Below are positions 42,001-54,000 of a stretch of 64,000 nt of DNA, piece after piece; position 1 is the first letter of the stretch, and every line of letters begins with the position of its first letter. The notes beneath the pieces were generated by a model that saw nothing but the letters and a program-made list of their open reading frames with translations, was not told the origin of the DNA and did no database searches. Origin of the DNA: Laetmonice hystrix (Eukaryota); contig OZ249436.1 in assembly GCA_965235115.1 (NCBI GenBank), forward strand, positions 28,584,001-28,648,000, read 5' to 3'. The position numbers and the translations under genes are program-made.

Positions 42001-45000
42001 CACGCAATTATAAAATTGGCGATGGATAATGAAAGGCTACGTCTTTCTGAATTAACGTTCGCTATCATTGATAGAAGGCGATGATATACCAATGTTGTAC
42101 GGAGACAGGTAGAATATCATTGCATTCAGGGCGGGTTCTATGATGTCCACACCTACTCCCTCCCATATTCACTGCCTCTGCCCATGTTTAGCTTTCCATA
42201 ATGTTCTCTGTTTGACAGAATCTGACGTTTCCCCGTCTTTCTTCTCGTTCTGAGATGGTAGTACATTTTCATATATATGTAGTTTAAGTTGTTGTTATTA
42301 AACCTGTAGGAAGAGATTATTTGTTCATAGTGGTTGCCTGTCGCGGCATATTATGATCTGTGTGGTTGACACAGACTTTGGGATTTCTCTTCTATACAAT
42401 CTGTCTATTGAAATAGACGAGTTTAATTATTTGGGTCTACGTGTGTTTCAGTTTATTAAAGTTCTAAGTCAGTTATACCCTAAGGTATTACACATATAAT
42501 CTTTATGTGACTGTATATTATGTAGTGTATAAGAGCCTAAAATATAATAAATAATGTAATGAAAAGAGTCTGCAAAGGACTTCAATTACGATGGTTCTGT
42601 ATATAATCGAACAATCCAACCATCTGACAGAATATTTTGCATAATATCTTAAATTTCATCAATTCTTTATTAATGACTGATCTTTTAACCAGTGAATCAT
42701 ATTAAGAGTATCATTCCTTGGTGAGACATCCAGTATAGAAAACTTTTTAATTCTTGTAACGTAAATGTTAATAAAATTATTGGTAGCCGTTGTCTGAGGT
42801 AAGAAGGTGCAAGGCAGTAGTAAGGGCGACATGTAACGGAACTCCAGTGACATGTAACATACTTAGAGATATAGCTAGCAGAGTTGTCCGATGATGAGGT
42901 TGGTCGGTTCCCTGTGTGCTCTTGCTGCTACTGCTGCTAACTGCTGCTGCTTGAAACCTAATGCCGTCCTTGTGGCTCTCTGTATCCTCTTTGCTCCGTC
43001 CTCCACTCCATCGGTCGGATTGACAGTCAGCCTCCCAGGTGGCTGCTCAGGTATGTCCAGGCACCAAGTCTAGCACTTGTACCAAGCAGGCCACCACTCG
43101 CCTGGCACGCATTATAGAGACAGAAAAAAAATACCATCCCAAGTTCAATTTTATTCCCCATTTATTAGATATCTATCATGGCATGGTGACTGCTTATTGT
43201 AGCCATGCCCCCCGTTGAAACCCGAGTGGTCGCCCCTGTATTACTTTATGTAAGGTGGCGTTTAACCTCATTAACTTCATTACATATAAAGGTCTCCTTT
43301 TTTTGCGAATTTAACAGTGCTATCTGTGATCGTTTCGTCATCATATCTGTTCATATTTTATTGTATAATTTTATATTATATTATATTACATGTATATTTT
43401 ATTATTTCCTTCTAGTAGATTTGCAGGTAATCTCCAGTCACTCTATCCCTAGCATGTCATACGATTGATGTCCATTAAAACCCTTTGTACCGGTAGTTAT
43501 TTCTCTACCATATATTTCTCTTGATCTTTGATCTCTATCAACCTAGATATTGTCGTTGTTAGCCCCAGGTGCAAACTTAGAAGGTTGCGCAGAGAGATCG
43601 CTGGTGACGCAAGTGAGCAGTCCCGTACACAGTGTGTGAATCTGTGAATTTGTGAATCCATGCATGCGGTGATACGTTGCCATGTATTATTCAACCTCAG
43701 GCTTGCCACTCTGTGAATGCTGGACGCCCTGTCTTGATATAATACATATATTGTAAAAACACCACTCTTTCACACACACAAACGGAGAAAAACACTGCAG
43801 CTGCCATGGCAACAAATGATGTCGCCTTGACAACTTGTGCACCTTTTAGTATAAGGTTATCAGTACTCCCCCCATTTTACCGACTCTGTTTGTGTGTTGA
43901 TTTTGGAATAAACAAATGAAAGCGACAAAGATGTCCTAGTCGTGCGGGTATGTGTCTGTCTGTGGAGCTATCTTGGTTTTCAGTCGGTACTCCGTCCAGT
44001 ATTCTCACTGAATGTAGACTAAAGTCTTGTTCCAGACATGTTAAACACCTTGTCTTCTGCTGACTGCTATGTCCATATTGCTGGCTATGTCCTTCGCATG
44101 TGTATACACTACCGGTAGCCGTCTTGTCTCTGACAGTTATATATAAACCGCTCTTTCTACGTTTTCCTCGGTGGCCCTCAGAACGACCTGACTCCCCGGA
44201 AGGTTCAGTTAGAAGTTGTGGTAGGTTTGACAAGTCGCCCACACACCGCTTGCCCGCTCTTGTCAGCGCATTATTAACAGTACTGGCCGGTTCGGCTGGC
44301 GGCTGCCAGTTTTGATTTTTTTCTCTCCTGCTATTTATTTCTCAGTAATTCATATGACTGGAATGGTAACCGTTGTGAACATGATGTATATGCTGTATTT
44401 TCAATGTATGCTATGCCGCATATGGTGCTACTTCGTCAGACAGATCATCCATGAAAGATGCCTTTAGATAAACGGCCGTTTCTAAACCAGGTTCAGTGAC
44501 CGGAATTAAATGTGTTCTTAGATATGAAAAGAGTGTTTGACGCATAAAAACATGAAAGGGAAATATTTTAACCGGTAGTGGACCTGAATTATTTCAGTTA
44601 TTATGGATGGCCGAAGGCTTATATCAAACATGGGTGGTGTGTGTGACGTAGTCCAACCAGAACATTCACCTACTGCCCTCCTTAACTCAGTGGGCTAGCT
44701 AGCGAGAGAACTCTAGGCGCTTAATCGGAATGGGACAATTTAAACCGGAACTGTCCAAACGCAGAAGGATTGGAAAACATGAGGGCCATTGTATAAGAAA
44801 CTACGTTGTTATGGATGACTTCAGATAATTATTATTCTGTAGGTTTTTCCTCGTATCAGAGCATCTTCCTTGTTAGGTTCCAGTGCAGCTTGCGCCAATT
44901 TTAAATGTAGATTGTATCAAGCTTTCAAGGCATGGACATTTACTTTTGCAGGACCAGTAAATTCCAGTGGAAAAAAATTCACTTTGCTCTAGTTGAATTA

Positions 45001-48000
45001 TGTACATGCATTATAAATCGAAACTTTTTTTCTGTAGCAGGAATTATGTATTATTTTCGTTATCCTTTTCCCCCTTAATTTGCCCATTAAAACTTGTGTC
45101 AGTTGAGAAAACGATATAATGGCATTCAGATAGTCATCATATGTTCTAGTGCCGGTTTATTTCTATGATCTTAGTCATGCCAGTTTCGTGGTGTCGAAAT
45201 TGAGGGAACATTTGTTTAGACAAAAGTGTGATTTGATGTTGAGCAGGAATTGGTCAGCTTAATTGGCGGACTTGTTTCATTCCTACGACTTAGTTCAATA
45301 AAGTCTGCCTGACGTCGGATATTACTGCGCAAATCTTTTACAGCACTTTTTTTCTAAATCTACACCATTTAGTCATCAAGCACATTATTGAGAATGGCTC
45401 TTTATTAATGGTATTTGAGCACCTGTAGTCCACGTTATTAGTTTGGCATTAGAATCACACACAAAGTAGTACTAAGATGCTTTTATTACTGAGCTTTGCT
45501 ACGGTAGTGGTGATGTGCCAGTATTACAAGGGACAAATACAGAAAGGATACTTTTCTATGATTAAAACATATTGGCAGTCGTATGGCTAACATGAATTAA
45601 CGAGGAAAAGCTATTGTAAAAAACACATTGTATCTGTACCGCCATGATGCGATAGAACGAAAGTTCCGTTATAGACCTTGCGTAAAAACTCAAAAGGATA
45701 AAAATCTAATGTGTAAAACGCTGGCCTAAACGCCATCACATATATAAATAATTGATTTATAACACTGAACTTCCCCCACGAAATTCACAGAGCTCAGCCA
45801 GAGCGCTACATTGATGTACAGCGTCGTCTCATTCGAGATTCAGTTTGCAGTTAGGAATTCAAAAGTTGACATAATATGTTATGCTTAATAGTCTGAGTCA
45901 ATGTGTACTACTAAACATGATAGCTTCCACAGCAGGATAAACAACCATTCAGAATGATGTGTAAACATAAAAGTTTTAGTTTACTATTATTCCATTATTA
46001 CAGATAATTTGTTTTCTTCAGGGTCATCACATAGGAAACATTGTAACCGAAGTACCAATGCCTGTTGAAATGTCGGTCCAGGAAGTTTTCAAATACCCAT
46101 TTAACGAGCTCATGATTTGGGCCGTGCTCATGAAACGGCAACGGATGGCAAAGTTCATGTGGCAACACGGAGAAGAGGCCCTCGCCAAGGTAAATCTGGA
46201 CCATATTCAATGCATATATTTGTGTAATTGCGACGGGAGTATTTATTGGAAAGGATCAAATAGTTTGAACCCATATTCATACTCTTCGCCTATCTGATAG
46301 GACGTAAGAATGATGGCCCTTGCAGGCTTGGTATTCGTAAGTGTGCTAAGAATTAAGTTCCATTCCCAGCTGGATAAGGAAACGAGCAAGACTCTCCCTT
46401 CTCCCTTTCTTACACCGTCTCTCCTTCATCAGTTTGCTTGCCCTAATCGCTTACCGTAGTTGTATTCTCTTGCTCTTGTATTCCCCTGGGCCCGTAGGCT
46501 CTGGTCGCCTCAAAGCTCTACAAGAGAATGGCTGGCGAGGCCGCCCAGGACGAGCTTGAGATGGATATCTACGAGGAGCTGCGCGGCTTTGCCAGGTCAG
46601 CATTATCACCCCCCCCCCCCCCCCCACCGTCCATGTCGGGATATATGGGTTGGACCCCGACTAGGCTGGCCTGGGGACGCCAAGAACAGGATCTGACAAT
46701 GGTCTAGACCCCATGTTGATTGTGCTGCTGTGGCGGGATGTTTAAATCCACCGGTAATCCCCTTCTCCCACCCACCTAATACCAGTCAGCAACGTAAGAT
46801 GTCGACACTAGGAGGTCAAGCTTTCCATGGGGATTGATTGATTGAAATATAATCAGGCCACGTCTCTGGCTGATGGCAACGCTGATCCTGTTGAGGGTTC
46901 GGAATGCAGGTCGGATCGATGATGCATTGAACTCAACCTAATATATATAGTATACGTCGATAAAGAGTTTTGTTTCATACACATACAAACATACTTCACT
47001 TCAAGTGGGCCCCTTTAAGAAGAATTTAACCTGTCATATCTGATTGATGGATTAAAGAGATGTTGACCTCAGGTACAAACATATCTGACTGTATACATGG
47101 TATCTGTTTCCGCAGTGAGTTCGCAAACCTGGCCTTGGAGTTATTGGACCATTGCTACAAGACGGACGATGACTTAACCCAGCAATTGCTCACCTACGAG
47201 CTTCAGAACTGGTCAGAACAAACTTGCCTCAGTTTGGCTGTCTGCGCTTCACACCGCGAGTTCATCGCGCATACTTGCTGCCAAATCCTGCTTAGCGAGA
47301 TGTGGATGGGAGGATTGCGGATGCACAAGTACACATTCATCAAGGTTAGAGTCTACACTCTACAGGCTAAAAGATTTTGATCATTTGAGATTCTTAGTTT
47401 AGAGATGCCAAGGATGGGGGACTTGGTTAAAGGAGTCTTGTGATGAAACAAAAACCTATGTAGCTAAGATCAGGGCCATCTTTTTTTAAACACAGGTGCT
47501 TGCTTGAGGTTAGCGCTTCTAAGCAGACCGGCCAGTCAGAAGTGGAAGCAAAAACCTAAGTTTTGAAAATCGGGGCCCAGATGATTGAGTCATGGGATTG
47601 AATTGGATTTTAAATCGAATTGAATGTATTTTAAAGTGCTGGTCGGTTGACATAATTGGGTTATTGGCTTCCTTTTAAGCCAGAACACCCTTGGTAAGAA
47701 CAATACGTGCAGGGTACTACCGATGTGTCATGTGTGCTTCCCTTGGTTTTCAGGTCATTCTCGGGATAATATTCTTCCCAACGATTACCTTCATGGAGTT
47801 CAAGTCCAAGGAGGAGCTTCAGCTGATGCCGCAGACCATGGAGGAACACATCCAGGACCTGGAGGATTCTGACTCAGATACCTCCTCGCTCCACTCGGAT
47901 GGCGATGACGACAGTCACGCTGTGGTGGGTGTAACCCTCAAATAAACAGAACCCTCAAATTAAAAAAGAAACCTTCAATACTGATTTGAAATTTCTACAA

Positions 48001-51000
48001 AACATCCTTAAGCTATGCTAGCTGTAGAGACATGTTATCATACTCTTACCTGGATTTGAAATTTATTCCTTTATAGATACCAAAGAGTTCAAAGACCAAG
48101 AGTTGGTCAATGGTTAGTACTTATTTCATCATCTGAAGTGAAAAAGGTGACACCATATCAAGGGCCACCTGTGATTCGGTCTTCCTGCACTGACGTTATG
48201 GAACATTTTGTAGTAGTCTAGAGTGCGATTTAGAATAATAGACGGCATAGATTACCGAGTTCACTTGTGTACATACGTATAGCAAGGTGATTTGATAGTA
48301 CATAGTATACACCCTCTATCCTTGAACCCTGAAGAGAAAGATGAGCATTGAAGTATCGTAACCCTTGAAAAATTGCTCCACGTATTGTGAACCTCGGAAA
48401 TACTAGAAGATGCTGTTAAAAGTGACTCGTCCGTTGTTTTATAATTCTTACTTAAAGTATCTATATTGAAAGAAAACAATTAGAGTTAATTCAATTACAC
48501 ATGTATATAAGGTCCCAACGTATTTACAGAATTATGTATAATGACATTTGACGGCCGTTGACTGAAAAAGGGTAGTATCTTTTGCTTGTTATTGCTAGTA
48601 ACATACAAGTATGTCTGTTAACAACTTGGGGCAATTGTTTGACATTGGTAGGTACGGGTAGACTCTGTGGTCGTAAGAGAAACATTAGTAGACGTATCTC
48701 ACCTTCAGTGATACTCCTATAGTACCAGCTGCACTTGAATGCCCAGGGCCCGGTTTGTCAAAACTTTATTTCGCACTTAAGTTTTAACGCTTACATCAGA
48801 GGCGTTAAGCTCAAACTTAATCAAGAACTTAAGTTTTGAAAAACCTAGCTCTTCTCACACTGACTGCTTGCTGGACGGGTAGAAAAGGTACCTTCCCCAT
48901 GGGTGATCAGAATACGTGACGGGTCTCCCGGGTTACAGCTAAAGTTCCTAATCACATTTTACCTCAGGGATGTTTTAATAGGATACTGCACGAAATGAGA
49001 GGGGGTAAAATACGCCTAAGATGCGTAATCAGGCTCATTAGAGGACTAAGCCAATTTAAATTTCCTAATAACGTTTCACGGCGCTGTAATCATGGGCAGC
49101 TGAAATGACGCGTCTGGTGCTGCTCGCCCGCCGCCATTGAAGTCATATCATATGCACGTGAATCCTTTTGTTTTCTCTCAGCAATGAGATGCTAACGTCG
49201 GGTCGTTTTCTGGAGGGACTCGACAGAGAGCTGTGTATGCGTTAATTGAGACTGAAGCTTGAAGGGTATTGACGGCGCTGTTTTACAGACAGTGCTGGGA
49301 TTGCATTAAGTTAGAAATGTTAACCAGTACCTTGGGCTGGCAGAAGTGAGAAGCTTTCCAACGCAGAGTGGAAAGAAAACAGTGAACATCGCATATATTT
49401 GATTTTGATTTTGAATACACATGAATGTGAAGCCCCTGAGAATATACTCTTCTGATGGAAAAATTAGCATAGGTGATTCGGAAGTGACAAGAAGTCGCTA
49501 TATATAGGCTCTCAAAAGAAGCCAATCGTACCATTGATTGGTATGCACCAGCGTGTTTCAGGGGGGACTGACAATTATATATCAAAATGTGTGGTCGGCC
49601 ATTTCTGACTTGTCTTGATTGGCCATGTATGATTTTCTATCAGGGTTTCTTAGGGGACTTATGGCTATCTTAGGAGTAGGTTTTTTGAGGGAATCCCCCC
49701 CCCCTAAAAAAAGGTTGGCAGGAAATCCTGCATATATCCGTCTCTTTTACCGCTTTGTAGGCAGTTATGTGTGAATTAGAGATTTGAATCCTTGTCTAAA
49801 TATTAGTCCCTCAGGAATCGATCAGGATCAGTCATCATTTAAGATTCTTGCGGGTTGAGTCAGGAAAGGTACAATTATGATTTAGATATCGACTGTGGGC
49901 GTTCAGTCAGTTACCCTTGATTCAGACCTCAAATGTGGGCATAGAGTGTCTGCTGTGGTAGCCAGGTTGAGTCAGCCATTGCATCTTTGATTTAGTTCCC
50001 AAATGTGGGCATAGAGAGCCTACTGTGGTATCCAAGTTCAGTAAGTCAGTTACCCTTGATTCTGACCTCAAATGTGGGCATAGAGAGTCTACTGTGGTAT
50101 CCAGGTTGAGTCAGCCATTGCAACTTTGATTTAGTCCCCAAATGTGGGTATAGAGAGCCTGCTGTGGTATCCGAGTTGAGTCAGCCATTACATCTTTGAT
50201 TTAGTCCCCAAATGTGGGTATAGAGAGCCTGCTGTGGTATCCAAGTTGAGTCAGCCATTGCATCTTTGATTCAGTCCCCAAATGTGGGCATAGAGAGTCT
50301 GCTGTGGTAGCCAGGTTGAGTCAGCCATTGTCCCCAAATGTGGGCATAGAGAGTCTGCTGTGGTATCCGGGTTGAGTCAGCCATTGCATCTTTGATTTAG
50401 TCCCCAAATGTGGGCATAGAGAGTCTGCTGTGGTAGCCAGGTTGAGTCAGCCATTGTCCCCAAATGTGGGCATAGAGAGTCTGCTGTGGTATCCGGGTTG
50501 AGTCAGCCATTGCATCTTTGATTTAGTCCCCAAATGTGGGCATAGAGAGTCTGCTGTGGTAGCCAGGTTGAGTCAGCCATTGTCCCCAAATGTGGGCATA
50601 GAGAGTCTGCTGTGGTATCCGGGTTGAGTCAGCCATTGCATCTTTGATTCAGTCCCCAAATGTGGGCATAGAGAGCCTGCTGTGGTATCCGGGTTGAGTC
50701 AGCCATTGCATCTTTGATTCAGTCCCCAAATGTGGGCATAGAGAGTCTGCTGAAGACGCCTGCCATGGCCATCAATGGGACCATTCTCAACCCTGACCTC
50801 AGCATGACCTTCAGGAAGAAGAGCAGCCCCCTCAGGCTGGGCAAGAAGATCTACGAGTTCTACACAGCGCCTGTTACCAAATTCTGGGTGCACACGGTCA
50901 GTAATTATCTCATTTTAACCCACTACCCCCAACTGCCCCCCCCCCCCCCCAAAAAAAGAGAAAAAAATGTTCTCGCTATCACTGCAGTTTTAAAAAGAAA

Positions 51001-54000
51001 CGTAATGAAATGGCAATGTCGTCCTTATTGAGGCATATGATATCAGTAGGATGCCATAATCATGATATCTTCCATTCTTCTGATAAAGGTAATAATATAG
51101 CAGTGGGTGGAGGGTCCCTTAGTATGCAAGTAGTATTTGTTTATAAGACGCAGTGTATGAGCTGATACTAAATTATCAATCTAAAGATAAAGATTCCATT
51201 GAGAGAGAAGAGTGACTTATATTGTGTGTGTGGTTATAGCTGGGTTACATCGCTTTCATGATGGTGTTCACGTACGTGGTGTTAGTACGTCTGTCTACGA
51301 TCCCGTCATGGCAAGAGATCTACATCATATCTTATCTCTTCACAATGGGAATCGAAAAGATGCGTGAGGTAACCAATGAATACTTGTCTGACGTATATAC
51401 AAAGTGTTCATGATAAAGCCTGCCATTAAAGGTTGCATGTTTGACACCAGTCTGTAGTAACAAAAGCATATTTAAATCCATTTGTGTTTTCCTCGTATTT
51501 TCAAAGTAAATGCCATCCCCCAGTTTGAATGTTGCAATTTATTACGTGCGTTTTCTTTGCAGATAATAGCCTCTGAACCAAAGAAACTTGTACAGAAGTT
51601 GTTGGTATATTTCTCGGAGATATGGAATTTGTCGGATTCAATAGCCATCTTGATATTCTTTGTGGGGGTAGGTCTACGCTTGTATCCGCCCACACAAGGT
51701 CACGGTCGAGTCATCTACTGTGTGGACATTATATTCTGGTATGTCCGCATCTTGGATATCTTCAGCGTCAACAAATATTTGGGACCCTATGTCATGATGA
51801 TAGGGAAAATGGTAAGCCCAGTGTGTGTCAGAAATGCAAAAAAATAGGCTCCATTGGTAAAAATGTCATTTTCTTTGGTTATTCTTAAGACGAGCAAAAT
51901 TAATGATTACAGGTTCATGCCGGATAGCTCATAAAAAGTATGATGTAGAAATACAATATACATGTAGTTCGAATAGTACCGAGTAGGTCAATATTCATTG
52001 TGGAATACATTAGACTTTTCTTGGAAGGCGCGCCTCTTGGATCCAGGATCTTGCCCATGGAGACAGGCTGACTTGCCCGACTTTTCGTTAATAGCGCTAG
52101 AGAAGAATTGCCCGCACCTGGGTCCCTTTCCTATATATAGCTTTGTGTTTTCTACCAGGTGAAAGATATGGTCTACTTTATTGTGATTTTGCTGGTGGTG
52201 CTAATGTCCTTTGGCGTGGCAAGGCAGGCAATACGATATCCGTACAAGGATGCAAGCTGGGAGCTTGCCAAAGATATTTTTCTAAAGCCGTATTTTATGA
52301 TCTATGGCGAAGTGTATGCAGACGATATTGACCGTGAGTAGGCTGTACATTTTTCATAGATAGGAACAGTAGTAAAACTAAAATCAGATCGCATATATGT
52401 GATGTATTATTTCACTTCATAATAATTAAAAATATATGGAAATGAGTTAAAAAGCCTATGGTACTTTGGAGCCTAAATCTTTCTCGGTAAAGGAAAAGAA
52501 AGCTGGGATAAAAACTTATGCATCATTTATGGGTCCGTTTCTTTACTTGTTGCTATGAATGTGTGTTTTAGCGCCGTGTGGGATAACGGAGGGGTACGAG
52601 GAGTGCGTTCCCGGAAAATGGATCACCCCAGCTATCATGGCCATATACCTGATCGTGGCTAACATCCTTCTCATTAACCTTCTCATAGCCGTCTTCAAGT
52701 TCGTACCAGCTACATATTGAAAAAAAAATCTTTGACAGACGAAAAAACAATCGTATTTACATCGGTATTCAATGAAGCAGCATAATCATGTAAAATACTG
52801 ACAGACAGCTTTCAGTTTTTGAGGACAGATTTATGTATCGAGGGTAACATAAATTGGTGTTTAAATAAGTTTGAATGTATAAGATCCTCGTCCATAATTC
52901 CAATTTATGAGTCCGCTTACATTCTATACGACGCCGATGTCGGTCAGCACGAATACCCTGCAGCCTTTAACTATCCGTTTCTAATGTTGCTTGCAGTAAT
53001 ACATTCCACCAGGTGAACGCTATCTCGACCCAGGTATGGAAATTCCAGAGATATTCATTGGTCATCGAATACGAGTCGAAGCCCATCCTCCCACCACCCT
53101 TCATTCTCATCTGCCACATTTATCTCATCTTCAAATATCTGATACAACGCTGTAGGCGCAAGCGGGAATACTTTGACAACGGATTGAGTGAGTACAAACT
53201 GCCCGCACGCATTGCAGTTTATTTCTTTAAAAACCTTCGGTGTCTGGCAAGTATATGTGTGTAAGGGTCTTGCGGGGGAGGGGGACTTATGTTGACAGAT
53301 TGTGTAATGTTTATTTTATGCTGTTTCCACAGAGTTGTTCCTGAGTGACGAGGACGTGGAAAAGGTGCATGATTTTGAAGAAGAGTGTGTAGAGGATTAC
53401 TTCAGGGAGAAAGAGATGCGGTTTCAGTCTTCTACCGACGAGCGCATCAGGTTAACGTCAGAACGGTGGGTACTCGAACGTAGACATAGAGATACACACA
53501 TTGGTTTCATCAGTGCCTGGCACCGCATGATTCACACATCAGGTTAACGTCAGAACGGTGGGTACCAGAACGTAGACATAGAGATACACACATTGGTTTC
53601 GTCAGGCACCGCATGATTCACACATCAGGTTAACGTCAGAACGGTGGGTACCAGAACGTAGACATAGAGATACACACATTGGTTTCATCAGTGCCTGGCA
53701 CCGCATGATTCACACATCAGGTTAAAGTCAGAACGGTGGGTACCAGAACGTAGACATAGAGATACACACATTGGTTTCGTCAGGCACCACATGATTCACG
53801 CATCAGGTTAACGTCAGAACGGTGGGTACCAGAACGTAGACATAGAGATACACACATTGGTTTCGTCAGGCACCACATGATTCACACATCACGTCAGAAC
53901 GGTGGGTACCAGAACGTAGACATAGAGATACACACATTGGTTTCGTCAGGCACCACATGATTCACACATCAGGTTAACGTCAGAACGGTGGGTACCAGAA

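Noticed and set aside
46608..46625. Poly-C/poly-G tracts near several exons (also about 29330, 38216, 50936)
   Set aside because: Similar tracts occur far from exons (4059, 18725, 27164, 30363), so no specific association is supported.
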